NCBI GenBank assembly: GCA_977030845.1
Contig: OZ365117.1
Span: 1,922,001 to 1,986,000, forward strand
From: Fimbriosthenelais zetlandica
Taxonomy: Eukaryota
DNA: 64,000 nucleotides
Direction: 5' to 3'
A program made the translations under genes and the position numbers. Positions 48,256-61,446 of this stretch are shown one piece after another. The notes beneath the pieces were generated by a model that was given only the letters and a program-made list of their open reading frames with translations, ran no database searches and had not been told where the DNA came from. The first letter of the stretch is position 1. Each line of letters opens with the position of its first letter.

Positions 48256-51002
48256 ACCATCCGTACTATATTATAATGAGTTGAGTTTGAGTTCAAAACA
48301 AATGTATTCACGATTTTAAGCCCTCATTGAAAAGAGAACTACAACATCCACAATAATTGATTGTTTTAAGTGGAAAGGAGCTGCGTCTCAGTGAAGCTGA
48401 GACAATACTTTAATAATGAATTAATATGAATTATATCTCCGGCAGGTAATGAACGTATTGTTATCCTAGCATATAAATTATAAGCTTTGTTATAGGTACA
48501 TGTATCCTACTATATCACTTTTAACCTTTGTTTTAGTCACCTGTATTTATTATAACTTTTAACTTTTAGTCACCTGGGATCACTTTGGGAATAAAAGCCC
48601 GGATTGTATATCGTAACAAAGCACTTAAAACAGGTTCAAATGTGAACATAGAAGCCCGCGGTGAGAGAAGCGAGGTGGAAAGTTGTGCTGAACGGGCGGA
48701 GAGCGTTAAATCAGCTCAGTTAGTAAATACCAAATACTCCCCACACCCCACGAGGTGAAACCGAGGCTACTCATTCATGAAATGTCAAATCTACATCATC
48801 CAAAACTGCCTGTAGTCGTGGCTACATATAAGTCAATATATCATTATTACTGCCAAGGTGCCGTGAAGTACCATAACCTAGACACTGCCCACAACACTGA
48901 TAGCTGCTAGTCTACATCGTTAATTCATTCAATGTGTGTTTTGGTGAACTTTAACAAACTAGTTAGTAAAAAATGGCAGGTGTAGAGTAATATATAGTCA
49001 CGTGACTGTATTAGGACAATGGTTACTATGGTTACAGTATATGTTAATCACGTGGTGTAAACTGTCTATGTACACATGTAGATTACATAGAATTCATGCA
49101 TAGGACAGTTCGCTTACTTCCAGACAAATCTCTGTCAATATTAGTAAGTTGATGATTTGTGAAACCTTATTGTAAATAAGCATCGCCTGTCTTAGAAGCT
49201 TCACTGACTTAAACAACCAAAGTGATTTCTAACTCGCGAAGGCTGAACACCATGACACTCAACATCAAGCTCGTACTGAATCAATACAATAGGTGTTTTA
49301 CTTGACTGTCCTCACAGTAAAAGCATAGATATCTAATGAATACATCAACTATTTTACATATTTTTTCTCCTGCATACTTCCCACACATGCTAGGTCTCCT
49401 GAACCTCACAACACGTTATTTTTGTAGATGCTCTGCATAGATATCTGTCATGTATTCTTAAACATAAATTATAGAGTAATGTTTACAGAATGAGAGCAGG
49501 GATGTACTTTATACAAGCCTCGTCATGTTAAAAAAACCACCCCCTTTAGACGTCGCCAAGACCGGGAATTTACATCTACCTGTATATAGGACATTACCTG
49601 TTATAAAGCACCATGTAACACTAAATAAACAAGTAAGTTAGTCCTGGGGCCTATTTCAAAAGAAAAATTAGCAATGCTAAGTCTATGGCTAATTTTTGTT
49701 TTGAAATGGGCTCCAGATATCAGACACATTCACCTAGCATTATACCTACACATTATAGGAGTGCACAAACGTGAAAACAAACCTTAGTTGAAATAAAGAA
49801 AGTTATACTTCTCAAAAATCCCACTATTTTTGCTTTATCAATAATAATATTTCATGTTCTATACCTATAGGACAGTATACCATCCCACATCCCGTTTATA
49901 GTCTGTGAATACTGGGATGAGTGGTACTGAGGGAAGGTGCATCCTCCTTAGACATGTTCCCATTCACTCTCATGTTTTTATTTTCTGTAATTATATTTTT
50001 TTTGCACCAGAATCAATTAGACCAGTTATCAGACTGAATCAAAACTGGGAAAAATATACATGTCTTATTGCCTCCAAGTTTGGTTTTTTGTTAGTGGATC
50101 ACTTGTAGTTCTATAGTGTGTTTCTTTTATCACTTGGGCTTTTATAATTTCTTTGTAAGATAATGTTATATTATTCCATAATAAGCGGACCCAGTGACAA
50201 CCCTGACTAACCTTTAATATAGAGGATCTCAGTGTGGACGTTATTTAAGGCATCAGATGTAAAACCCTTCTGTATTACAAACATTACTAATCACTTTCAG
50301 ATCTTTTCTCTGCAGGAGATCTGACACTTCTTCCAGTTATCACAAGATGTCATTGGCAAAGATATGTGAATCACATCAAAAATTAAATTAATTCTCTCCC
50401 CAAACTTTAGATAATTCCATCTGCATCGTATTTTCTTGTATCACTTCTCTTCCTTTGATATCACATTTTATCATCTGATTTTCGTCACCTAGTATGTATA
50501 CATCTATACACGAGTAGGCCTATATATAGATCTATATATCCTAGTATATAATAGATGTACATATTACAAATGTTTTACAGGGAAATATATGTCAACATAC
50601 AGAATTGGAGTTGGTGTAAATGCATCATTCAGCATTTGAAGTTATTATGGAAGGACATGAATATTTCTATATATTGTACAAAACATACTATTGTGTTGGT
50701 GATAAGATTGTCAGCCGGCAAGAAACAAATAGATGTTAAATATACAGGCATTCAGTGTAAGACCATGGACAGAACATCATCCTAAGGCAAGACATTGTAA
50801 GAGGACCGGACTATTACTACTAGTCATTCACTTCACATATCTTAATCATCTTGTTAGTTGGACAGAGCACGAATTTGGTTTTCATTTATAAACAAAACCC
50901 CACTACAGTTTTTCACCACCCCTAATTTGTAAATTTTCCCTACAATGAGACATGATCAGTGTGAATTTAGCCCCTAGAACCCTACAAGAATGTACACGTC
51001 CA

Positions 51003-51809
51003 TTATACAGAATACAGCAAGGCTAAAACAACCGCCAAGCTCGTCATAACGCTCAGTGACGTCATTCTACTTCCTGTTCCGGTAGGTAGAGTAGAGGTCA
51101 TCTTGATGACATTGAAGGTCGCGTCCCCCTTGTCTGAGGTTCTCTCTAGCATGGCAATCACTCTAAACTTGTCACACGGTGAGATGAGAACGTTCTCTGT
51201 ACGTCCTGAGACTACATCAGACATGTCTACGTTACGTAGCGTGGACAGTGAATAAACTGTGCCGTCATTTCCGGCGTCCTGCTCTGCTCGGAGTAGATTC
51301 GTGTGAGCCATGGCATATCCAGGGTACTTGGTGGTTCCGTTAATATCACACCCTGACTGTGAAGACGCTCTCTCCGTCACTCCGACGTGCACAACACGTC
51401 TCCTCACACCCCAATCCTTCTTTAATTCAGTATAAGCTTGACTCAGGAAGTAATGTAGACCTTTGTATTTAAAGTCTGGCGCTTTAACAGATCCATGTTG
51501 ATGGAGCTGGCTGACATAGTCCTTATAGATGTCACTAGACGCCGGCGTGAACACTCTCACTGCACGGTAAGCCTCCTCTCCCAGCCCCACATCATCCTCG
51601 ACCTTGATCCGGTTCCATTCATTGTGAAGGACATTATTCTCCTGTAATTCGTCATTGAGGATTGATTTGTATTCCTCATATTCCTGATTAGTGAAGGTAT
51701 AATTAACACATATGGCGGCCTCGTCCACCTCGGTTTTCGTCAGACATCCCGTGGACTGAGATGTAGCGAGGGTCCACACAGTGACCAGAACCAACAAAAT
51801 ACGCTCCAT
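51003..51809 (-). CDS. Ecto-ADP-ribosyltransferase (ARTC)-like protein, probably GPI-anchored and catalytically degenerate, 268 aa
   Basis: Single coding exon with an acceptor at 51832. Signal peptide MERILLVLVTVWTLATSQS; FKYKGLHYFLSQAYTEL matches the ART motif FxFKxLHFLLTxALxLL; ENVLISPCDKFRVI matches EEVLIPPxExFxVI; hydrophobic C-terminus SVMTSLAVVLALLYSV*. Confidence 0.8.
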   Translation of the reverse strand: MERILLVLVTVWTLATSQSTGCLTKTEVDEAAICVNYTFTNQEYEEYKSILNDELQENNVLHNEWNRIKVEDDVGLGEEAYRAVRVFTPASSDIYKDYVSQLHQHGSVKAPDFKYKGLHYFLSQAYTELKKDWGVRRRVVHVGVTERASSQSGCDINGTTKYPGYAMAHTNLLRAEQDAGNDGTVYSLSTLRNVDMSDVVSGRTENVLISPCDKFRVIAMLERTSDKGDATFNVIKMTSTLPTGTGSRMTSLSVMTSLAVVLALLYSV

Positions 51810-53063
51810 GACAAGACGAGAAAGTCTGGCGACTGGGCGAGCAGAGAGAGAGTTGTGATTTGTATTGAACGGCGAGAGGAGGAGGAGGAGGAGGAGGGAG
51901 GGAGGAGGGAGGTCTGATAGTGATGATGATGAGGAGGGGAGATCCAGGATGAGGAGAGCTGTGTAGAATAGTGAGATCACTCCTACAATCACCTCTACCA
52001 GGATATGTTCTCTCTTTCTCTATATGAACCGGCAAAAATAGATGTATAAACACACTGCCAGTGTCTGGGACTGGGTGGTGGGTGGGTGGGGGAGAATGAC
52101 ACCCCCCCCCCCACCCCCAGGGCTGAGCACTCTCCACCATGAGGCTACCTGCTGCTGCCGCTGCCGCTCCTCCATCAATACTCTCCTCCCTCCAGCTTCA
52201 ATATTTACTTACTCCTAAATCTAATGATCTATTATCTTAATAGATTATTTTAATAGATTAAATATTATCTCCCCCTCATAAAAGGAAGTAAATACTATTC
52301 AAAACGCCATGTTCTAGTTTTGCAATAGAAAGAAAAGCTCCACTTGTGCAAGAAAGTACATTTGGAGCATGAAAAGTTGGCGGTAACTTCTTTATGTTTT
52401 GGAGCCAGAATTTGACACATGAAGACATGACATGAATGAGTTGATTTCCGCATGAAACGACATGTTAACACCTTACAACGAACGCCTTACAACTTGAAGA
52501 AACTATACTGAGAGACTCAGACAAGACTAGTTGAGTTTGTCCTTGGAATCTCTTGGATCCCCGTTCTGGAGCAGGGATCCTTTTCATTCTAGTCTCGTCC
52601 GTCAGAGTGCTAAAACTCACTTTCTGGCAAGAAGCCGAAAAGTATGGGTCTCCCTTTTTTTATGCGTGTGTCAGAATGTCTCATGATAAGAATGATTCAA
52701 GTCATGTGTCAGTTTGTGGCAGCTCTGTGCGTCGCACATTAAAGAGCCTGTGTCAGAATGTCGCCCTTTATTTAGGGCTGTGTCGCTGTGTCGATTTTAC
52801 CCATGTACACTCATAAAAGTAACCGAAAACGAACAGTAACGACTTCAACTCAGTATAGTGTTGTTGGAGAGTATCCCCCGCCTGTTTCAGGTAACCACAC
52901 CCCTAGCCCTCCTCCCCCCCCCCCCCCCACCCCCACCAGCCCACACCTCTCAACCCACCCCCACCCCCCACCCCCAGGCCTTGCAATACGGATCTTTTAC
53001 CTGTAGTGTTTCAAGCAGTGTTTATAAATAATTGTTAGATCATTGATCTGAACCAGTTGCCTT

Positions 53064-53360
53064 CCCAGGAGAACTGAGAACAGGTCAGTCAATAGAGGTT
53101 AGACGAGTAACCAAAATAGAGGACAAAATGTACAATGATCCCAGAAGAACTGAGAACAGGTCAGTCAATAGAGGTTACACGAGCAACCAAAATAGAGGAC
53201 AAAATGTACACTGATCCCAGGAGAACTGAGAACAGGTCAGTCAATACAGGTTACACGAGCAACCAAAATAGAGGACAAAATGTACAATGATCCCAGGAGA
53301 ATAGAGAACAAGTGAGTGAAGACAGGTTTTAAAACGAGTAACCAAAATAGAGGACAAAAC
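53064..53360. repeat. 76-bp tandem repeat, about 4 copies
   Basis: cccag...aaatagaggacaaaatgtaca recurs at about 53064, 53140, 53216 and 53292. Confidence 0.85.
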
Positions 53361-56300
53361 GTGCCGCATATTGCAGTCAAATGTACATTATTATGATTCA
53401 GCATTTATAGGCCTATATATAGTGCCTTCATCATCAGAGATGCTCTAAACTTAACGCTCTAAAGTGTCTTACAAATATCGACGACCTTGTTATCATATCT
53501 ACATTTAGTACACGGTTGTGGGTTTTTGTTTACATATAGACCAATTACTAAATGTTATAGAAATGTCTAGGGTGTGTATAGAGACGGTTTTCTATACAAT
53601 TGGAAAGTTTTATAATTTCTAACGGTAGGTCAAAGGCCGTGTACTAAAGGCAATAAAACACTCCAGCCGGATTCCGGTCCCAGCCAGAAATAGAAGCACT
53701 CGCCCTTCGTCTTCGTGCTTCTATTTGCTGGACCCTCAGCCTGGGCTGTCGTGTTTTATCGCCTACGTATAATCTTTATGTCATAAATCGAGACGTTGGT
53801 CTGCTTGAGCTAATGGGTCGCACTTGGGGTGAAAACATGCAAATAAGCGCCTTGCCACAAGTGTTTTCACCCCAAGTGGGACCCATCTGCTCAGGCAAAT
53901 CAATGCTGAGTTGTATTCCATATTTATATCACAACTTCTACCTCAAAACATGATGAAATATGTTCATCTTTCCTCTCTTTGCTTGTTTACATGATAATTG
54001 CCAATTCAAGTGCGATTTAATCAAGAAAACGCAACAGCAATATGGTCATATATATTTCGGCAAACTTGTTACTTTCGCTTAGTATATTAACAGCACATAT
54101 TTCAATAAGGACACAAGACAAGTTAAGAGTAAGAGAGTGCTTTTATTGACTTCCCATATATAGAAAATGTTGAAGACATATAGAAGGACTATACCAACAC
54201 CTTTTTTAAAACACAGAGATTCTAAAAGGGATCACCAGACGCTAATATAGACATACAAAGAGGGTCTAATCTGAAAAAATAACCTCCTTCCTCATCTTCC
54301 TGGATTTCTGAGGACTATAACCAACCCTTTATCACCAAAAAGTGTACCAAAATAGCCATCTATGTCTCTGCGAGGAGGGTTAGTTCTCATGGTCAGTGAT
54401 CGTTTGAAATTTGTGCCTTGAAGTGGTATATTGTGAAGTCTAACATATGTATATATATGGAATTATTCATGGTTCCAAACATTATTATTGTAAGAGTTAA
54501 CATTTTTTTTGAAAACCGGGTCAAAGGGAGAGATTCTGGAAACGTTGTTGTAGGAAAGTGTCTCGGATGTCACCGAGGCTGGTATGAGAGGTGAAGGTAG
54601 TAGGGGGCTGGACGGGGATGGGGTCATTTATTACAATAAATCCACCACTAGACGGGGCTTAATACACACGTCTACCAAACCAACCTGTCACCATAAACCG
54701 GGCTTACTACTCATGTCTACCATCTTCCAAAATTTCTGAGATTCAGTCCCAAACCAAACTGCCATCGTCCAAGATTTTAAAACAGATTCAGTCCCAAATC
54801 AAACTACCATCGTCCAAGATTTCTGAGATTCAGGACCAAACCAAACTGCCATCGTCTAAGATTCTCAGACTGAGATTCAGTGTTTTGATTACCTCTACTA
54901 GGTGGCAGCACGGTAGAGCTCGTCAGGTGAGTGACATGGATTACATGATGTTACATGATGTGACTTGTTGTCATGTATAAAGATGGTAAAGTCCACTAAA
55001 GTGATCAGGTTTATGGCCTCAGCCATTTTAACCATTTCTGCCAACAACTCCCTCTAAAGTTGAAATCTCTGGATGTTCTAGGGTTCAATATAGACTTCAG
55101 ATCTTAATCGGTATTAATATGTTCTTCAGATCTTAATCGGTATTAATATGTTCTTCAGATCTTAATCGGTATTAATATGTTCTGCAGAATATCATCTTTA
55201 AACACTTTACAGATATAATAGTTTGGTAACCAGCTGATGGAGAAGGTGACAAGTTGAGTTGATAACCATGGTAACACTAGGATAGCACTCTCATTGGGTG
55301 TGAAGCTGACATGAAGGGTGTAGGGGGGGGGGGGTGGGGGGGTGGGTGGGTGGGTGGGGGGATTATCACATAGTGATATCCTCCACCCAGCCCATCACAA
55401 CACTCAGTTTGACTTCTACTTCCTACAAAAGCTTCCAACCACAAGACACACTGGGACTACAAGACACACACTAGGCCACCACCAACTGAGGTCCTCATAA
55501 AGGTGTAAATGCCGCTCGAAATGTGGATTGGTAGCTTCTTCTTCAAGGGACAGAATACAACAAGAAAACTTTGCCGTGCTCTTTGGTTGTTGAATGGACC
55601 ACCCTGCCCATGGTGAGACGGGAGGTGTGCCGAGCGGATCATTCACCACACTATTGGTGAACATCCTCAGGCAAAACTTTCTTCATGTAATTCAGGTCAC
55701 TTATTGTACAAAAATACCTCTGAAAGCTTAGCTACATTGACCTGGTCACATGAAAAAGCAAACTAGAAGAAGGCGAGGACTAAGAACTGTTGTTTACTAG
55801 TGAACTAGAGCTACGACTATTTCAGTAAAGATGTCCTGGTGATGAGAAATTCATCAAACCATGGAGGAGAGTGATGATTGACCACACGCGTACATTACAG
55901 AACACGGGATGGGGAGAGGTGAACTTTACTATTCACACATTGATTTTCTTGTCAATTATTAAAAGATTTCACACCAAAGACGGCATAAACAACCCAAATA
56001 TAAAATTTATAGTTCTTTAAAGGCCAACACCGTTCTTCAAAGGCCAATTATCTTTCTCTAGTACCAATAAGATCTACTATAAATGTCCTGGAAAGTGGTT
56101 TTGCCGAATTCTCAAGATCTATAGAAATTTAAGAGTTTCTGATGTGGATTCTTTTTCTGTGGTAATGCAACATCATACACGGTTGTTACAAAACCAGAAA
56201 TATAAGTAGGCCTATAGTACATGATCTATATATAGATATCTAGGGTATGAATATTGTGAACATATATATATATATATCTTACCACACCTGATGGAATATA

Positions 56301-58240
56301 AAGTCCCATGAAATGAATCAAGTAATATTCCTAACCAAGACAGTGTTCAGATTCCCTGTTATATAACATCCCAATGATTATAGGAACAGATTCAATAAAC
56401 AACTAACTTTTACCAACAAAAAACTTATTCCTTCAACTCCTTAACACTAATCAGATCGCACTGAATCAGATTGAAACTTCCTGAAAATGTTTTCTCAACA
56501 AATAACAAGAGTAACCGTCAAGTATGAAATATTTCATCACCGTATCCACGATATGAAACATGACTTAGCAATGAGTACACTGGTATATATATGTACACTG
56601 TAAAAATGCTCAAAGCAGGAATTCCCAAGAGGCAACATTGATTTGTTCTGGCTGTAAAGATTCACGAAAAACACGCATGATTTGACTGGATATAGAATAC
56701 ACCCACCAATGTTTATAATAGTCACCTCTGACAAAACCTCTCTACATCAACATGCAGTCATCCCCACCTAACAATCATCTCACTGGTCTTAACATACCGT
56801 AGTTTCCATCTAAAAGTACTTTGCTCTTCCTGCGCCAAAAATACAATTTTCACTAAGAGAGATTCACATTTTCGTGTCTAAAAGGACTCCAGCTCTACAC
56901 CCGAGCATCACTGCATGTTGATGTACCATCTCAGACCTCCCAGTGTTTGTTTCCCACTTTATTTTAAAGATTCCGAATCAAAATGTAGATTTAACAAGTG
57001 TTTTCTCGCCAAAAATATGGATTTCTGCATGATGTAAGAGTGAGAATGAGATCCTAGATTAAATTACTTCAGGTCCTTACTTAAAATTCAATGAATTTTT
57101 TGAAAAAGTTAAGTTTCTATAGGTTTCACTGGGAGGTCTGAAACTTAAAATTTGATCTGTTACGGAGACTGTTATGGAGGCATGAGAGTACACAGAATGA
57201 AAGGTCTACCCCTCATTATATAAAACACCATATCACATGACATTTATCTGTATATATAATATATCATTCTGTATATATATATATATTTGCATCAGGCTAA
57301 CAGAAGAGAGGGTTTTTATTCTTCACAATCTATCGATCTAAGTTTGGGACAGAATGTATGCGAGATGTAAGGAAGGCATGGCTCAGGCATCTTGACATCT
57401 TGTTATTATGTTGATGATTATCTTTTACCAGCCTCAACTCCATCCATTTCCCACCAACACAGCACCAGTATAATGCCAGGCGAACTTCAAGAGGTTTTGT
57501 CTCCTTACTGGCAACTAGTGATTTTAAAATTCATTGATTTTAAAACTGACTGGGTGTGTGTAAGACATGGTTGGTATTGAGTGAGGTTTTATTGGGTTGA
57601 GGAGGTCATCTCGGGGTTTATATAATAGGATCTGTTCATGTAACGCCTTACAGAATAAAGCAGACTCAAGCTCATCACGACACTGACTACACCACACTGT
57701 CACCGGACCCACAACCCCCCGACAAGCTCCTCAACCCACCCCCCTCATCTCTCACAGACCCCCCACACATATCAACATCCATTATATTTAGTATCCATGA
57801 CTTTCCAAAACCAAAACATGTCAGGTCAGTTCCATAACTATTTTCATTGGCCAAAGTATCTTAATATTATAGATTATTACATTTTTGACCACCACAGAAA
57901 CATTAGTATACTACATTGTAAGTAGCCACTGCAGGATGTTGATTTTCCAGAACTTTTCAGACTCATTCCATGACTTTTGCTAAAACTGAATGATTCCATA
58001 ACTTATTCCGTGATTTTTGCTAAAATTGACATGATTTCATAACTTTTCCTTTCATAAATTGACATTTTTTCCATGATTTTTCAGGATGTGTCAGACCCGG
58101 GGGCAGCCTGTGAGATGTCTTCTGTTATCTCTGACACGTTGATGTTGGCTTACTGATGTTCTTCTTCCACTGTTAATAATTTGGATGTTGTGTGATCTAA
58201 TGTACAGTGTCAGCTTGTAGTAGTAGGTAGATGGTGAGGT

Positions 58241-58306
58241 CTACACCACCTCATACTCCTTCTTGATGCTACGGCCAAGGCAGCATGCCATGGCGATCCC
58301 AAATAC
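58241..58306 (-). CDS. Terminal coding exon B of a CD63-like tetraspanin: VFGIAMACCLGRSIKKEYEVV*
   Basis: Strong acceptor ttttatttcag, phase 0; end of TM4, CC palmitoylation motif and a C-terminal YxxPhi motif as in CD63 (ACCLVKSIRSGYEVM). Confidence 0.8.
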   Translation of the reverse strand, partial: VFGIAMACCLGRSIKKEYEVV

Positions 58307-58354
58307 CTGAAATAAAACAAAAAATCACTTAACTTCAACTTCTATTGACTCTAA

Positions 58355-58516
58355 GGCCTGGAACACACTAATCTGATTCTCCAATCCGTCGTCATCCGAT
58401 CCCCCATTTCCAATGGCGTCCAATGATTGAAATTTTGTCAGTGGTTAGCCTTAACTAGGTGTAAAGGTCTGTTCAAATGGATCCAGATCGAGTATCGGAT
58501 TAGTGTATTCCAGGCC
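58355..58516. mobile_element. MITE family 2, copy 4 (internally deleted)
   Basis: GGCCTGGAACACACTAATC inverted termini with TAA flanks. Confidence 0.8.
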
Positions 58517-59299
58517 TAAAAGAGTTAACTTAAATTTATATTGAGTCTAAAACACAACTACAATCTTTAATACATATATTAAATACATAGTAAAGCTTGT
58601 GTGGCTGCTAGCAGGATAAATTAACCGAGAATTAATGAAGTAGAAATCCTTGTTTGGCAACATGACACAAACATTCCTACAACACCTGGCTCGGTACTGC
58701 TGGCAACTACACAAGCCTCATAACCTATATTAATGTTTATATCAATATCAGTTATAATTCTCGATATCCATATCGAGTTATTTCTTAATTAATCACGAGA
58801 GAATTTACTTTTCAGTAAAAAGTAATTTTAATTTTAATATATAAATACTTTCATGTGTAGACATTAGTGTTCTCACAAGTATGAATAGTGTAGCAGTAAA
58901 GATATCTAAAAATCAAAATAGTTCCAAATTCAACAAAAATGAAAAAGTCACTCAAAAAAACCACACATTTACTTTTCTTCTAAAATTTAAAACCTCCAGA
59001 TTTTATCAAAATTAATCTTGATAAACAACCCAAAAAATATATATACCTGGTACAAATAATAGAGCTTATTGCCTAAAAAGTGATCGAGCTCTAAAAGTAG
59101 GAATTTAGTTAGACAGGCATTAGGGAGAGGGAGCATGTCATGAGGTTAGGGAGGTTAAGGTATATTGTTAAGCCTCCGTCAAAGTAAATCCAGGCCTAGC
59201 CTTAAAATTAAGGCCTTTTCATTGACAAAATTGATCCTAGTTATAATATCCCCAGTTTTCCAGAACCTGGAGTTTTTAATTTAAAAAGTAAGGACATTT

Positions 59300-59880
59300 C
59301 CAGGTTTCCAGGATGTGGAGGAACCCTGGGATAGGGCTCAGGACAGGGAAGAACCCTGGGATAGGGCTCAGGACAGGAAGGAACCCTAGGATAGGGCTCA
59401 GGGCAGGTAGGAACCCTAGGACAGGGCTCAGGATAGGGAAGAACCCTGGGATAGAGCTCAGGGCAGGAAGGAACCCTGGGATAGGGCTCAGGACAGGAAG
59501 GAACCCTAGGATAGGGCTCAGGACAGGTAGGAACCCTAGGACAGGGCTCAGGACAGGTAGGAACCCTAGGATAGGGCTCAGGACAGGTAGGAACCCTAGG
59601 ACAGGGCTCAGGACAGGTAGGAACCCTAGGATAGGGCTCAGGACAGGTAGGAACCCTAGGACAGGGCTCAGGACAGGTAGGAACCCTGGGATAGGGCTCA
59701 GGACAGGTAGGAACCCTAGGACAGGGCTCAGGACAGGTAGGAACCCTAGGATAGGGCTCAGGACAGGTAGGAACCCTGGGATAGAGCTCAGGACAGGTAG
59801 GAACCCTAGGACAGGGCTCAGGACAGGTAGGAACCCTAGGACAGGGCTCAGGACAGGTAGGAACCCTAGGACAGGGCTTG
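59300..59880. repeat. 30-bp minisatellite (gggctcaggacaggtaggaaccctaggata)n, about 19 copies
   Basis: Direct tandem units between the two tetraspanin terminal exons. Confidence 0.95.
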
Positions 59881-60006
59881 TAGAGTGACATAAGACTAGT
59901 AGGACTTTCCACGACACTACGAACCCCCGGTGAGAGGAGGTGCAATCATGACAGGTTTACCTGACGTTAAAATCGAACCTTTCTTTTTAATTAGGTCGCT
60001 GTTTGA

Positions 60007-60072
60007 TTAGACAGTTTCGTATTCTTTCCTGATGGCTTGAGCAAGGCAGCAAGCTATGATCACGCCGAAGAT
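60007..60072 (-). CDS. Terminal coding exon A of a CD63-like tetraspanin: IFGVIIACCLAQAIRKEYETV*; upstream exons not found in the window
   Basis: Acceptor gtctatttcag, phase 0, same length (66 nt) and motif as the exon at 58241-58306. Confidence 0.8.
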   Translation of the reverse strand: MFGVIIACCLAQAIRKEYETV

Positions 60073-60249
60073 CTGAAATAGACGAGCAAGGGCAGAGGAG
60101 GGAATGAGATGTTAGTGGGACAACCAGAACCACAGAGCCGTCAACGATATGACAGAACATCAGGCAGAGTTAGGAGGTGGATAGGTGAGAGAAAGGGGTG
60201 GATAGGTTAGAGAGTGAGAGAACAGGCAGGGTGAGGGTGAGATTATTAA

Positions 60250-60980
60250 GTGAGTGTAGACTAATTGGGGATGTTGGAGGGCTTGCTACACACTATATGG
60301 TAGTGTAGACTAAACGAAGATGGTGGGCGGTGGGGCCTTCGTAGACACTATGAGGGAATAGAAACTAAATGGAGATGGTCGGTGCCTTCCTAAACACTAT
60401 AAGGTAGTGTAGACTAAAGGGAGATGGTGGTGGGGCCTTCCTAAACACTATCAGGGAGTGTAGACTAAACAGAGATGCGGCCCTTACTAGACACTATAAG
60501 GGAGTGTAGGCTAAAGAGAGATGCGGCCCTTACTAGACACTATCAGGGAGTGTAGGCTAAACAGAGATGCGGCCCTTACTAGACACTATAAGGGAGTGTA
60601 GGCTAAACAGAGATGCGGCCCTTACTAGACACTATCAGGGAGTGTAGGCTAAACAGAGATGCGGCCCTTACTAGACACTATAAGGGAGTGTAGGCTAAAC
60701 AGATGCGGCCCTTACTAGACACTATCAGGGAGTGTAGGCTAAACAGAGATGCGGCCCTTACTAGACACTATCAGGGAGTGTAGGCTAAACAGAGATGCGG
60801 CCCTTACTAGACACTATCAGGGAGTGTAGGCTAAACAGAGATGCGGCCCTTACTAGACACTATAAGGGAGTGTAGGCTAAACAGAGATGCGGCCCTTACT
60901 AGACACTATCAGGGAGTGTAGGCTAAACAGAGATGCGGCCCTTACTAGACACTATAAGGGAGTGTAGGCTAAATGGCGAT
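60250..60980. repeat. 46-bp minisatellite, about 11 good copies plus degenerate ones
   Basis: gagtgtaggctaaacagagatgcggcccttactagacactat(c/a)agg units. Confidence 0.93.
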
Positions 60981-61446
60981 GGTGGGAGAATTCCTAAGCT
61001 CTATAAGGAGATGGTGGTAGTGGATTCATGTTCATGAATGTTTAAAGTTTCTTTATGAAGTGAGGATAGCAGTGGATAAGGTTGAGAATACAGAGGGGTG
61101 AAGGTATACAATAAGAGAGGTGAAGCTCTAGGAGCATAATGCACTGAGTTCCAGATCTATCATTTATCGTAACGAGTAACAATCAGATTGGCTTAGAAAT
61201 CATTGCGATCTATTGTTAACAGATAATACTTGAGATCATTTAGTGATTAACTTACATTTAATGGAGATATAATAGGAAGCGATTATTGTACAGAGATGGG
61301 AGAGGGAGAGGGAGTTCACACGACTTAACCTAATACTGTACAAGGCTGCAGGGACCATCAAGCTGAGCTGTGGTGCTATATATACACTATATACACTATG
61401 GTACAAGATACATGCATACAGGGGTAGGGACCAGTGGATGGGACTT

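Noticed and set aside
51810-51992. N-terminal extension of the ART-like ORF shown in the ORF track
   Set aside because: It is a polypyrimidine tract ending in an acceptor at 51833; the Met at 51809 begins a clean signal peptide.
55416-57712. ORFs at 55416-55664, 55457-55642 and 57524-57712
   Set aside because: No family motifs; they probably lie in the long 3' UTR or downstream region of the tetraspanin.
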